DNA of 57,624 bases from positions 1 through 57,624 of the IMG/VR virus record IMGVR_UViG_3300030397_000335, one strand, 5' to 3'. Positions within the stretch are counted from its first letter, which is position 1. Each line of letters opens with the position of its first letter. Below the pieces are notes generated by a model. It was not told where the DNA came from. It saw only the letters and a program-made list of their open reading frames with translations, and did not search any database. This document shows positions 26,832 through 36,830 of this stretch, one piece after another. Source of the stretch: a virus. Lineage: Duplodnaviria > Caudoviricetes. A program made the translations under genes and the position numbers.

Positions 26832-27941
26832 TTATCCAGCCACACGGGTAGCAAGCTCGGGACGGATCGTTTTGACACCGTAGAGGATGTCAAAAGACCA
26901 GTTCGTCTGCTTGTGCTGGCGGCTCACTTCAAGGCGAAGTGCGATACCGGAGACCGGATCGACTGCGCTCTGAATGATTGAGCCTAGCCCGTTTGCGCTG
27001 TCATTGAGCGGACGAGAAGCAAATGCGAAAGCGTCGCGGTGAAATGCCAGGTTGGAGACGTGCGTTGCTTTAAAAGTCAGCGCCGCGTTGTCAGCCCATG
27101 CTACCTTTGCGTTAGGAGCAAAGCTGAGCGTGCCACCACTGTATGAGCTTACAACGTAGGTCTGCGTATCGCCTGCAACGGTGAACACGTCACCTGCTGC
27201 GGGATCGCCAGAGCCTGTGTCGATAGCTACAGAGCTGTCACCAACAGCTACAGATGCGCTATTTACAAGCCAGCCCGCGCCACCTGAGTTGGTGTGTGTT
27301 GGCACCTGCTGGTCCATTGCCCACGCAAAGCCAAGCTTGCGGTTGATCTGACCTTCCTGAATGGCCGCCGCGCTTCCTGAGAAGCTGGCATCCTGAAATG
27401 CACGCAGGTCCAGGGCGTTGGCTTCCGCATCAGGGTCGATGACGAAGTAACGAGGGTTGAGCGGTGCCTTCTGGTTGTTCAGTGTCTTGCGTGCCGCTGT
27501 AGCGTCTGACGTGTCAGAACCGAAAGGCGTGGTGGCTGCCGTTCCTACGTAGCCATACACGTCTTTGTAGAGCGCGAAGATGTCGCTGTTTACCTGATCT
27601 GCAAGAGAAGAAACAGCGCTTGATACCTGCATAGGAATCGTGCCGTCCATTGCCTCCATCATGTCCTTATCTGTCAGGTAGAAAGGCGCTTCATACCACT
27701 TATCAAGCGTGATCGTGGTTTTAGTCGGTGTGATGTCAGGAGACGCTACCGGAGTAACGCCAGGAGCCACCGTACGCGCCGCTACAGAAGCAGGAAGGGG
27801 AACGTCAATAGACGAGCCTTTAGAAGCCGCATCGCGGCCATAGTTGGAGTTTACAAGGCGAGGCATCACGTTCATGTTGCGCAGCGCCATAAGTCCCTGA
27901 GCTAGAATCTGAGGGATTACATCGGTTAATGTGTTTGCCAT
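26832..27941 (-). CDS. Major capsid protein (P22 coat-like, HK97 fold)
   Basis: MANTL, NLAFHRDAFAFASRPL, FDILYGVKTIRPELA. Confidence 0.92.
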   Translation of the reverse strand: MANTLTDVIPQILAQGLMALRNMNVMPRLVNSNYGRDAASKGSSIDVPLPASVAARTVAPGVTPVASPDITPTKTTITLDKWYEAPFYLTDKDMMEAMDGTIPMQVSSAVSSLADQVNSDIFALYKDVYGYVGTAATTPFGSDTSDATAARKTLNNQKAPLNPRYFVIDPDAEANALDLRAFQDASFSGSAAAIQEGQINRKLGFAWAMDQQVPTHTNSGGAGWLVNSASVAVGDSSVAIDTGSGDPAAGDVFTVAGDTQTYVVSSYSGGTLSFAPNAKVAWADNAALTFKATHVSNLAFHRDAFAFASRPLNDSANGLGSIIQSAVDPVSGIALRLEVSRQHKQTNWSFDILYGVKTIRPELATRVAG

Positions 27942-28024
27942 TTTGCTAAGAATGGAAGTGCGATCTTAGCGCTATCTTGGCGCATCAATCGCTGGCAAAC
28001 AGTAGTGCAGATATGGTATCTGCT

Positions 28025-28834
28025 TTATCCTGTTACTCTGAGAGTGCCATTGGCAATCTTCTCAAGCTGGTCACCGCTGATCTGGCCGGTCGAGAATGCT
28101 TCTCTTGTGACCTTACCACCGATAACCGAACCGCCATTCTGAGAAAATCCGCTACCTTGCTGCCCTTCAATCTTGAAAAACTGGCTGTAAGCAGGGTCTT
28201 TCTTCAGCATAGCGATGTGAGAGTCGATGTCCAGCAGGGGAGCTTCGCGCGTACCGTTGGGGTTGAGCGCGAAGCCCTCACCTTCACGAACCGCAAAAAC
28301 GCCATGATCTTTTGCAAAACTGTAGTTTGCCGCTATCATGTTCTCCCAGAAGGTTGGCGAGTTTGGTGCCTTAGAGACAGGTTTTAAATACTGTTCACTA
28401 ACACCGTGCTTGATCGATGCCTTCATAATGTCAGAACTTTTCTTTGAGTCGAGTAGGACTTGATTAAATCCTTTCAATTCATCGTTCTCTGACTTCAAGG
28501 GGTCGCCAATCTCGCGTATGACCTGATCTCTCAGGGCGTCAAGATCAACCTCCTTTGCTGGCTTAGGAAGTACAGGCTTTCCGTCCTCACCGTATTGGAT
28601 ACCTGGTACGTTCGCTTCAATGATTTCGCGGATATACTCGGCATCGCCTTTTAGCGATTTCTTCTGCCTTGCTAGACGGTCCTTAACGGATGCGTCGAAC
28701 ACTTCCTGCTTGACGTAGCCATCTGGAATCTGCTGCTGTCCATCAGAGATTGAAAACCCCTCTGGAAGATTGATTGCATCAAATGCTACCTCAAGATCAC
28801 CGTGTTCAGGATGTTTTACTGTTGCCTTATTCAT
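28025..28834 (-). CDS. Capsid scaffolding protein
   Basis: Likely start ATG 28834 (MNKATVK); coiled coil and C-terminal QGSG; directly upstream of the capsid gene. Confidence 0.7.
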   Translation of the reverse strand: MNKATVKHPEHGDLEVAFDAINLPEGFSISDGQQQIPDGYVKQEVFDASVKDRLARQKKSLKGDAEYIREIIEANVPGIQYGEDGKPVLPKPAKEVDLDALRDQVIREIGDPLKSENDELKGFNQVLLDSKKSSDIMKASIKHGVSEQYLKPVSKAPNSPTFWENMIAANYSFAKDHGVFAVREGEGFALNPNGTREAPLLDIDSHIAMLKKDPAYSQFFKIEGQQGSGFSQNGGSVIGGKVTREAFSTGQISGDQLEKIANGTLRVTG

Positions 28835-28950
28835 ATTTGATTTGATCCTGGCTGTTTGGCGCTGCCAGTGAGCTTGTTGCCTGATTTGCCGCCTTGCTTT
28901 CCGTATCTGTCTGCGCTCGGCGTAAGCGCTGCCCCGATAGCGTAAGGACA

Positions 28951-29054
28951 TAAAAAAACGGGGCACCTACCGTAAGCCGTAGCTTTGGCAAGTGCCCCGT
29001 TCGGGGTTTAGCCCCACTGGGATATAGCGCTTAATTACGCTGCGTCCCAGTGGG
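28951..29054 (-). promoter_or_regulatory. Two hairpins in the scaffold/capsid leader, one terminator-like
   Basis: CCCCACTGGGA/TCCCAGTGGGG and AACGGGGCAC/GTGCCCCGTT with a T run on the minus strand. Confidence 0.5.
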
Positions 29055-29111
29055 GAGGTATGTATAGGCATTGCTGCCTAGTTCATAATATACGGGTTAA
29101 GTCGTTTAGTT

Positions 29112-29378
29112 TCAATTGGATAGATACTCATTCATTTCAAGCTCAATAGCTTTAGCTCGACGTACAAGCGCCTGTATGATTTCAAAATCACTATTAACAC
29201 CACCAATGAATATCAAAGGTAAGTTCTTTAGGTCAATCTGCCAGTTTGCGATCTGAATCATACACTCCTCAAGCTGCTTCTCTAGTGCCGCCTCACGGCT
29301 TAGGGTATCGCGCGGAAAGTCTGTCATGCCAGGCTGTAGAATATTGCTGTAAGTGATCCGGTTAGGCCTGTCTTCCAC
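29112..29378 (-). CDS. Hypothetical protein
   Basis: Probable start at the internal ATG (MTDFP) overlapping the upstream stop. Confidence 0.55.
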   Translation of the reverse strand: MEDRPNRITYSNILQPGMTDFPRDTLSREAALEKQLEECMIQIANWQIDLKNLPLIFIGGVNSDFEIIQALVRRAKAIELEMNEYLSN

Positions 29379-29701
29379 TGCAGTTCGTTTGCGTTGGATG
29401 TCACGAAGAACTCGCGTACGCCGCCTGATGGCACAGCATACTCGGTGCCCGAACTGCCATAGCGTACCGTGCCCTCAACGAGGGAGGGGTTGAACACGGC
29501 CACCACCTTACATGCCTGGCCAGATAGCGCCCCGAAAGTTGTGCTGCTAGTATCGTCACCGCCCTCGGGCTGGCGCGCTGATGAAGACGCCTGCTGGTTG
29601 CTGATTACGGTATCTAGCTTAGCCGAGATCTGCCGTAGACACCAGTAGGACCGCGCCCCTGTTTCGTCCTGTATTAAATCACTCGCTTGTGGTTCTGCCA
29701 T
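29324..29701 (-). CDS. Hypothetical (possible virion) protein
   Basis: 125 aa; SD GAGGAG. Confidence 0.7.
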   Translation of the reverse strand: MAEPQASDLIQDETGARSYWCLRQISAKLDTVISNQQASSSARQPEGGDDTSSTTFGALSGQACKVVAVFNPSLVEGTVRYGSSGTEYAVPSGGVREFFVTSNANELQWKTGLTGSLTAIFYSLA

Positions 29702-29703
29702 TT

Positions 29704-29901
29704 TTACTCCTCTTTAAAATCTTTTGTAAAGCCCCACCAGAAGCCGCCGTGTTGCCCCTTCTGGACTACCGCTGTGCAGTTCGTCTTACGGATACGCTTG
29801 AGCGCCTTGATAGCCTGGGCAATCTCTTTATCGCTAGGCTCGCACTCTAGGCTGTACATAAGCGGCTTATCTATCTTTAATGCTTCTGTTTGATTACTCA
29901 T
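29704..29901 (-). CDS. Hypothetical protein
   Basis: 65 aa. Confidence 0.55.
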   Translation of the reverse strand: MSNQTEALKIDKPLMYSLECEPSDKEIAQAIKALKRIRKTNCTAVVQKGQHGGFWWGFTKDFKEE

Positions 29902-29929
29902 AAAAAGTAAAATTATTTTGTCTCACATA

Positions 29930-29959
29930 TTGCATACATATAAGACTTATTCTTATACT
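29930..29959 (+). promoter_or_regulatory. Sigma70-like promoter for the inverted gene pair
   Basis: TTGCAT-18-TATACT in an AT-rich gap. Confidence 0.55.
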
Positions 29960-29992
29960 TAGATAGTTAGTTAATCAAAACCCAACAGCACG

Positions 29993-30190
29993 ATGAAAGA
30001 CAACTTCCTAGGACTCGAAAACAACGAATTTGCAACTTTTCACTTCGAGAAGGGCTTCGGCGCTTGTGACGGTGTGTATACGGGCATCGTTAAGAAGGAG
30101 ACTAAAAAGGATGATATCAAGCTTGATGCTCGGAAATTAGCAGCTACGCTTACACATCGTGATTACGTTAACCAGCTCATGGGATTCTAA
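29993..30190 (+). CDS. Hypothetical protein (moron)
   Basis: 65 aa, opposite strand, own promoter. Confidence 0.65.
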   Translation: MKDNFLGLENNEFATFHFEKGFGACDGVYTGIVKKETKKDDIKLDARKLAATLTHRDYVNQLMGF

Positions 30191-30397
30191 ATGAGAGCCA
30201 AAGATCTAGAGGAAGTCCTGGGAGACTTTTACAAGCTTCTGGTACACCCTGCGTATTCCGAGGATTACCTCTACGTGGCACGCCACAACAACGCCAAAGT
30301 GTCTAAAAAGCGCATTGAAACAATACGCAAAACGATTAACCAACGTATCAAAGAACTACAGGAAATCGATAAACAGCTACGCGATCACAATACGTGA
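30191..30397 (+). CDS. Hypothetical protein (moron)
   Basis: 68 aa, abuts the previous gene. Confidence 0.6.
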   Translation: MRAKDLEEVLGDFYKLLVHPAYSEDYLYVARHNNAKVSKKRIETIRKTINQRIKELQEIDKQLRDHNT

Positions 30398-31309
30398 GCG
30401 GCATCTACCATGAAAGGGGGGCATCATAACCCCTGAACGTGCTAAATCCTTAGGAAACTTACTGAGCACCGTTTTAGGGCTTCTCCATGGCATAATCTCT
30501 TTAGCTTCCTCTGGCGTCTCCGCCTCAATCATCCTATCCCTAATCTTAGCAGCATCCGCCACATCAAAGCGCCGCTCGTGCTCCTTAAGCTGCAATACCT
30601 CCTTCTCACCTTGCTCATTCGTCACCTCAACCTCCTTACCACCAAGATACAGGCAGATATCACTAGTTCTGTGATCGTCTACGATGCTGATTATGTAGCG
30701 CTCAACGCCAAGCTCCTCAAAGGCAGCGATATTGCTAAAGCTTCTAGCGCGGGTCGTGATAGCATCCGCTGTTAGCTCCCAGTAGGCTGCATCTCTTTTC
30801 AGTTCCTCGCCAATCGTACGGGCAAAGAACTTGCCCGCATCCCGCCTTGACATGCCGCTACTGATTGCCTGATCTGCTAAGCGCTTGATGCGCTCCGTTG
30901 TGTGGCTGCTGTAATGGTTCAGCGACCAGTACATGTGGTGATCGTGAATGAAGCTGATGGCCCGCTGATCTACGAGTGTAAAGCTCTTAGAAAGTCCCGC
31001 CCGTATCTCATCAAGCCCCTTGCCATAGGCGCTAATCGTTGCCTGCTGCACAACGGGGTTAAGATTCGTCCCGAATGCCGTGCGCATCGACTGATCGGCA
31101 ATGCGGTCTATCTCCTCGAAGTCCTTTAGCGTGAACTTACCCGTACCGCTCAGAAAGCTTGCTATGTGCTCCAGAATGTCGTCACCGGCCATTAACCACA
31201 GCTCAGTGATTACCTCGGCTAAGCGGTCAGAGAAGCCGCCAAAGCGCCTCTGACGAAGAACGCGCTGAATTAGCTTCTGCTGGTCTGATATGGATAGGGG
31301 AGGTTGCAT
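30377..31309 (-). CDS. Minor head protein (SPP1 gp7/Mu F-like)
   Basis: D.RTS.IC and PPFHGRCRS motifs. Confidence 0.88.
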   Translation of the reverse strand: MQPPLSISDQQKLIQRVLRQRRFGGFSDRLAEVITELWLMAGDDILEHIASFLSGTGKFTLKDFEEIDRIADQSMRTAFGTNLNPVVQQATISAYGKGLDEIRAGLSKSFTLVDQRAISFIHDHHMYWSLNHYSSHTTERIKRLADQAISSGMSRRDAGKFFARTIGEELKRDAAYWELTADAITTRARSFSNIAAFEELGVERYIISIVDDHRTSDICLYLGGKEVEVTNEQGEKEVLQLKEHERRFDVADAAKIRDRMIEAETPEEAKEIMPWRSPKTVLSKFPKDLARSGVMMPPFHGRCRSRIVIA

Positions 31310-31521
31310 TAATCTCGCTTAACAACCTCAATCACAACCAATTTTTTCTTGACAACTCTTAGCTCCCTAGTCTCCATCTCTTCTTTTATTATTTCATCGA
31401 GCGTGCTGAAGGCAAGCTCTTTCTCAAGAAAACCGCCATCAACAGTTTCGTCTCCGCTAATATTCCAATCTAACCACTTCCCATCGTGTAGGGATTGTAT
31501 GTAGTAAATCTCCACAATCAC
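31309..31521 (-). CDS. Hypothetical protein
   Basis: 70 aa; coupled on both sides. Confidence 0.6.
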   Translation of the reverse strand: MIVEIYYIQSLHDGKWLDWNISGDETVDGGFLEKELAFSTLDEIIKEEMETRELRVVKKKLVVIEVVKRD

Positions 31522-31751
31522 ACCTCCTTGCTTTCAAATTGGATGCAGCCGAAATAGGGATGAGTTCTAATACTTATTTCTAATGCCATATTATCTAGCA
31601 ATTTCTGGTCTTCTTTTGATTCCGCATTGGCATATGGATAGGCCATTTGAAATCTACTATGAGACCAAGCATAGCACTCACCGTTGATTCCATTCTTTTC
31701 CATTTCAGCCTCTTTCCAAAACTCACAATCCTTGCATTTACCGTATTCCAT
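31518..31751 (-). CDS. Small Cys-rich protein
   Basis: CKDCEFW...GEC...FGC..F. Confidence 0.65.
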   Translation of the reverse strand: MEYGKCKDCEFWKEAEMEKNGINGECYAWSHSRFQMAYPYANAESKEDQKLLDNMALEISIRTHPYFGCIQFESKEV

Positions 31752-31772
31752 TTTCGCTGGGGATTAAATGAA

Positions 31773-33329
31773 TTAAAGCTCCTCAAATACCGGCTCACCT
31801 GTAGCAGCACCATCGCCGCCGATGCCTAGCCTGCGAGTAACACCACCACGAGCATCGAGAAACGAGCGCACCTCCGTGCGCAGTAGCTCTGTTTCTTCCT
31901 CATCAAGCTCGCCAAACCGCCGCTCATGCAGTTCCTTGGCGGCATCAAGCAGCATGTTCTCTGTTGCTGGTATAGCATCAGCACTAAAATACATCTCGCG
32001 CAGCATTTTGTCCTTTTCGTCAGGATCTGCTGGCAGGAAGTCTGTAGAGCGCTGCGCCATCGCATGGCCCCACATATCGGGCTTGCCAGGAAACTCAATC
32101 TGCTCCCTCAGGAATAGCGCCTTATTCTCCGCTTCATCCAGCGTGGTAGACACAAGTGACAAATAAGCCTCAACGCCGCCGCGTGACTGCTGGCGTATCT
32201 GCGTAGCCGTTACCTGAGCCGCCTGGTCGTTTAGCTGCTGGTAGGCTACCCTAAAGAAGTTCTCGCGCTTCTCCTTGATGATCTCCCTGTTTTCCTTCGC
32301 GGGGTCCATAGGTGGAGAGGCAAAGTAGAGCTTGCTGCCAGGGTCGTAATTGTGCGTATACTCACCCTCACGCTGCTGCATCTTGTGCTCTTCATAGACA
32401 GCAGGGGAGGACTCATCCACCTTGGTAATTAGCGAGGCATAGCGTACCAGATGGTCCCGCTCGCTCTCCTTGCCCATCAGCCGCATGGACTTAACGGCTA
32501 GTAGGTAAGCCAAGTACTGATCCATCGGGATTTGGACGCAGAAGATGGGCAATGTTTTCCGCTTCTTTTCTTTCGTCTCGTAGAACTCATAAGAGCCTTC
32601 CGCTAACTGATCGCCTGCAAAATCATCTGTCCACTCATCACGGCCATTTTCATCCTTCTCTTTTCGATACCGCTTCCAACCATCCAAATGATAGATTGTC
32701 CTCTTTTCCACAATCTTTTGATCCGAATCAGGCTCTTCGCCGCCCTCCATCTCCTTATGCGACACCATCACCCACGTCTTGCGGCCGTTCTTCGTACCGA
32801 AGCGGGGCACCTTCTGCGGGTCGATGAAGTGTATAGAGGGTTCCTTCTCTACTCGCTTGCCCTTTTCATCCTCGACAATCTTTTTTCCATCGACATACAC
32901 CCACATCGTCATGTAGTACATGAGCTTCGTGGTGAAGGTGCGCCAGTGAACGGGGTAGTTCAGTCCATCACCATCTGCATTGCGCCACATCTTACCTGCT
33001 GGCGTCGCTGCGTCCTGCCAGAGGCCCAAGCCCTCAACACCTTCCGGCTGGCTTACACGCACCATCTCGGGTTCTATAGCGTGAATCTGACCCGCTAGAG
33101 AGCCAATCAGCATAGGGAAGAGCATTTCAGGATCAACGTTCTTCACGCGGTCGTCGTAACTTTCCTTGCTTTCTCCCTGGGCTCTCTTAGGAAGGAATTT
33201 CTTAATGTTGTCAGGGTCAAAATACTTCCCAGTGTAGACTTGGTGGGTGTACTCCCACATGTCTACCATCTCATCGTACCAGGGGTCGGTACGGTCTCGC
33301 CAGTCTGTCTTTTGTGGTACTGCATTCAT
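31773..33329 (-). CDS. Portal protein
   Basis: 518 aa after terminase; FLP....E...Y..R, NADG.G, TATQ. Confidence 0.85.
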   Translation of the reverse strand: MNAVPQKTDWRDRTDPWYDEMVDMWEYTHQVYTGKYFDPDNIKKFLPKRAQGESKESYDDRVKNVDPEMLFPMLIGSLAGQIHAIEPEMVRVSQPEGVEGLGLWQDAATPAGKMWRNADGDGLNYPVHWRTFTTKLMYYMTMWVYVDGKKIVEDEKGKRVEKEPSIHFIDPQKVPRFGTKNGRKTWVMVSHKEMEGGEEPDSDQKIVEKRTIYHLDGWKRYRKEKDENGRDEWTDDFAGDQLAEGSYEFYETKEKKRKTLPIFCVQIPMDQYLAYLLAVKSMRLMGKESERDHLVRYASLITKVDESSPAVYEEHKMQQREGEYTHNYDPGSKLYFASPPMDPAKENREIIKEKRENFFRVAYQQLNDQAAQVTATQIRQQSRGGVEAYLSLVSTTLDEAENKALFLREQIEFPGKPDMWGHAMAQRSTDFLPADPDEKDKMLREMYFSADAIPATENMLLDAAKELHERRFGELDEEETELLRTEVRSFLDARGGVTRRLGIGGDGAATGEPVFEEL

Positions 33330-33332
33330 GGC

Positions 33333-34928
33333 TTATATGGTTTGCACGCGGCGCTTAGGGAGATGAGGCACATGGAATGCGTAAACAACTCCATCGGCCA
33401 TATCTGGGGATCTGCCAATACGCTCTTTTATACTATCTTTGGGTTCTATTTGAATACCTGTCTTGACAACCTTGAATGTAGGTGCGCATAGCTCTTGCCT
33501 GAGTCTGCTATTGTCTGGAAGCGCCACCTCATAATCACTATCAGGATCAAGCATTTCCCGTAAATGCCAATAGGCTGCGGCTCGCTTATTCACGAAACCA
33601 AACTTGCCACTACTATCACGCCTTAGGCTTTTCTCAGAAGCATTGAACGGCACACAGGGTAATGATAGCTTTGCACTATCATAAGCAGAAGCCCCATAGC
33701 CGATAACATCAACAATCACCGTTGCATTGTCCCTGTGGTGCGCTACCATATACCCAGCCGCTACGTGCCCATCAGGAACCGCCTTCCCTGGGTACTCAAT
33801 GATCTCTGGTACGTAATCGCCAAAGCGGGGCACAATAACCGTTGAATCACGTCCGCCACGCGAAGGGTCAACGCCCATAGCTGTCATTGGCACATTGGGC
33901 ACAAAGCCTTCTGACTGTAGCTTTTTCCAGCGCTCCTGTGCCGCTCTGGCCCATGCTGTAGGGATAACCTGAAGTGGGTTAGCAGCAAGGCCCGTCTTGA
34001 AGTCGCCTTCCTTAAAGGCTTCTCTAAGCTCTGCAGGCAGGGCATCAAGCACCTTATCGTAACCAGTGTCAACGAGATATGGGTTATCTGATAGCTTTGC
34101 CGGTATGAACGTGCGACTTTTAAAGTCCCGCATCTTACCGTCTATCTCAACAGGTCCCGGCTCCTTGAACCACAGAAGCTCATCCTGCTTACCGTAGGTG
34201 TAATATCTGATCTCCCCAGGTTTGGCTGGATCTGGAAACTCAGGATCTAGCCACGGTGCCCACTCATCAATCACCCATGACTCATCATCGGTAATAGGAG
34301 GGTTGGTAGTGGCTACTACCCTGCAGCGCTGTCCTGGGATACTGGTACGGTTCCAAATAATCAGAAACCTGTACTGGCTTCTGGTAAACTCTGTAAGCTC
34401 ATCAAAGCACTTCAAATCATGCGGACGCCCCTTGTACTTGTTCTTGCTGTGCTCATGCGGAACACCAGCGAACTCAAGGTTACGGCCACCAGGTAGGCCA
34501 CGCCAAACGTAGTCAGAGCGGTTAAGCCTATCATCATCACCCACAATTTGCACAGATCGTTCAATGATGCCATCAGCACCTTTCATCTGCGCTAGTTCGC
34601 GCCGGAATATGATACTTGTTTTGTGTGCTGTAAGAGATAAACCAAGAATCAAATCCGTCTTACCACCACCAGCAGCACCACCGTATAGAAGCTCGTCAGC
34701 CTCACATTCAAAAGCTGCGGACTGAGGGCCTTCTAAAGGTTGCCAATCAATAAGTGAATGAACGTTATTCTTCCCTTGCTGGCTCGAAAGCCGAAAGGAT
34801 TCTGGTAAGCTTGTCTGAGATGACACCGTGAAGGGTAGCGAGAGAGGCGGCGTCCTGTTTCTGGACGTATTCTGGTCTTCTAACTTCCTGAAGTTGAGCC
34901 GTAAGTGTCTCAAGTCCTTCACAGACAT
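33333..34928 (-). CDS. terL: Terminase large subunit (start uncertain)
   Basis: YGGAAGGGKT Walker A, FDELTEF Walker B, TTNP, GVDPSRGGRD, RSPDMAD. Confidence 0.93.
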   Translation of the reverse strand: MSVKDLRHLRLNFRKLEDQNTSRNRTPPLSLPFTVSSQTSLPESFRLSSQQGKNNVHSLIDWQPLEGPQSAAFECEADELLYGGAAGGGKTDLILGLSLTAHKTSIIFRRELAQMKGADGIIERSVQIVGDDDRLNRSDYVWRGLPGGRNLEFAGVPHEHSKNKYKGRPHDLKCFDELTEFTRSQYRFLIIWNRTSIPGQRCRVVATTNPPITDDESWVIDEWAPWLDPEFPDPAKPGEIRYYTYGKQDELLWFKEPGPVEIDGKMRDFKSRTFIPAKLSDNPYLVDTGYDKVLDALPAELREAFKEGDFKTGLAANPLQVIPTAWARAAQERWKKLQSEGFVPNVPMTAMGVDPSRGGRDSTVIVPRFGDYVPEIIEYPGKAVPDGHVAAGYMVAHHRDNATVIVDVIGYGASAYDSAKLSLPCVPFNASEKSLRRDSSGKFGFVNKRAAAYWHLREMLDPDSDYEVALPDNSRLRQELCAPTFKVVKTGIQIEPKDSIKERIGRSPDMADGVVYAFHVPHLPKRRVQTI

Positions 34929-35133
34929 AATTAATTAGGAGGTTTTCGAGGGACTCTCTTTTTTTAGATTCAACCTTATCCAGACTAGGTCGGGGGATAG
35001 CTTTCTTTATCCTACTCACAGTAGGTTGTGGAACCCCCAGGTCTTCAGCAACTTTCGTAACTCCCTGACCTTGCAGAAGGGCAGCAATTACCTGCGCCCT
35101 TACCTCATCTGATATACGCTTACCTCTAGCCAT
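34765..35133 (-). CDS. Putative terminase small subunit (HTH)
   Basis: N-terminal HTH VTKVAEDLGVPQPTVSRIK; directly upstream of terL. Confidence 0.7.
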   Translation of the reverse strand: MARGKRISDEVRAQVIAALLQGQGVTKVAEDLGVPQPTVSRIKKAIPRPSLDKVESKKRESLENLLINYVCEGLETLTAQLQEVRRPEYVQKQDAASLATLHGVISDKLTRILSAFEPAREE

Positions 35134-35265
35134 CCTATCTACTTACATACCGCCACCCCGTATCATCACTTACACGCAGGTAGCTGCTAGATTGAAATGT
35201 TATGTTGCCCCAGCTGTCCAGCACCACGAAGTAGCTGTAGCCTTTGGGGTCTCTGTAGGTGCGGA

Positions 35266-35475
35266 TCATCTTTTTTGCTCCTTAATCGCTCTCTCGATAC
35301 CAAATAACTTAGACATTAATAGCATCATCAATCCAACCACAACACCATCCTTACCGCCGAAGAAAATGCAGACTATGCCTAGCAAGATGAAATAATACTC
35401 CCAGCGCATCTCGTAAAAGCTGGATGCCTTTAGCTTGCGCACATAAGTAGATAATTTACCTACATCAATCATCAC
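35266..35475 (-). CDS. Small membrane protein
   Basis: Two hydrophobic segments. Confidence 0.6.
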   Translation of the reverse strand: MMIDVGKLSTYVRKLKASSFYEMRWEYYFILLGIVCIFFGGKDGVVVGLMMLLMSKLFGIERAIKEQKR

Positions 35476-35738
35476 GCTGCCCCATTAAGCTGCTGCTGCT
35501 TCCACTGGGAGTGGGGGATTACCTTTGGCTCTTCTGGTACCATGTACTCCTGCTCGTACTCATTACGGAAGGCTTTCACCTGCACCACCAGTTCTTCTAG
35601 TGTTGACCCGAACGATTCGTAGTTAGTGCCCATAAACAGGACACCATCACAGACGCTCTTGATGTGCGCTGCCAGGTCTTTGATTAGGGCGTGATGCCTG
35701 CTCTGCTTTCTTGCTTTTAGTTCTGCTGGTAAGCTCAT
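35472..35738 (-). CDS. Hypothetical protein
   Basis: 88 aa. Confidence 0.65.
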   Translation of the reverse strand: MSLPAELKARKQSRHHALIKDLAAHIKSVCDGVLFMGTNYESFGSTLEELVVQVKAFRNEYEQEYMVPEEPKVIPHSQWKQQQLNGAA

Positions 35739-35739
35739 A

Positions 35740-35982
35740 TCACTGTGTTAAGTAGATCAAGCGATTATTCATACACTCCAGAAGCAGAGACTCAAACTGA
35801 TCGAAGTCAAAACAGATAGCATACTTATCACCGCTATAGGTCGTGACTATCGGGCAGTTAGAATCTATTGCCTGATAAACAGACTCTACGCGGTACATGT
35901 CGAGAATAGCTACCGTTTCCTGAACGTCTGCAAACTCTCCATCACCATCAAGTACTTTGATGTTGAACTTCTGGAATTGCAA
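35740..35982 (-). CDS. Hypothetical protein
   Basis: 80 aa, TTG start. Confidence 0.6.
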   Translation of the reverse strand: MQFQKFNIKVLDGDGEFADVQETVAILDMYRVESVYQAIDSNCPIVTTYSGDKYAICFDFDQFESLLLECMNNRLIYLTQ

Positions 35983-36178
35983 AGTGCTATGATCTTCGGC
36001 AGGCTAGAAGCGCCTGCCCGTTGCTGGGGAATTGCTTCGCTGATAAATCAGCTTACCGTAATATACTGAAAAACTTAGACTTAGTTTACTTTGGTGTTAG
36101 ATGAGGCTAAATCTAATATTACAGTAATGATTTGCGATATTACAAAACCTACTTGCGATATAGCAGGGAAGGGTGTTT

Positions 36179-36472
36179 CTACGCCGGTAGAGAATTAGTC
36201 TCTGATCTACTTAACCAAACAACGATATTTCCACGCTCCCTTGCTGTTTCCTCAATAACAAGGATCAGTGACCTTAGTGTAATTGGTATCAAATCTTCGT
36301 TAGGGTATCTACTAAAGTATGAGTCAAAGACATCCTGCGAAAACTTGAGTGTCGCAGTTGGGTTTTGCGGGAGTCTTTGTGAATTACCTCTGGACTCGGC
36401 AGATCGCTCTCTAAGCACGTTCAGTGTTATAAGAAAGCCGCCAACGGCGTATGTGAGTAAAGTTATCATCAC
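36179..36472 (-). CDS. Hypothetical protein
   Basis: 97 aa; coupled to the upstream gene. Confidence 0.5.
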   Translation of the reverse strand: MMITLLTYAVGGFLITLNVLRERSAESRGNSQRLPQNPTATLKFSQDVFDSYFSRYPNEDLIPITLRSLILVIEETARERGNIVVWLSRSETNSLPA

Positions 36473-36702
36473 CCAGCCTCCGGTGTGCCTGGTTGTTCTA
36501 AGTATCCACGCTTTCTCATCTCTTCAGCTAACCACATTGTGACAGGGTATTCTCCTGGTTCTTGAATCCGCTTGGCGATAAGCTCCATTCCTTCCTGTAC
36601 AGGGACGATATCCCATATGTACGAGTTCTTAAATTGATTCCGTGCGTGCAGTAGCACAATCAACTCGTCTATTACCTTACATGCTTTCTGTAATTCGTTC
36701 AC
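36469..36702 (-). CDS. Hypothetical protein
   Basis: 77 aa; SD GGAGG. Confidence 0.6.
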   Translation of the reverse strand: MNELQKACKVIDELIVLLHARNQFKNSYIWDIVPVQEGMELIAKRIQEPGEYPVTMWLAEEMRKRGYLEQPGTPEAG

Positions 36703-36830
36703 CAGCTAATCCCTCCGCCGATCATCGGCTTTTGCTAAGGCTTTTGTTTATAATGCTTTGTTAAAGTCCAATAAGGCGTTTTTTGCGGACGTAAAGTCCG
36801 CGTTATCGGGCACGATGATTTTACGCGGCA

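Noticed and set aside
28835-28966. N-terminal extension of the scaffold ORF (MPRFF...)
   Set aside because: Arg-rich translation of the structured leader; ATG 28834 is the more plausible start.
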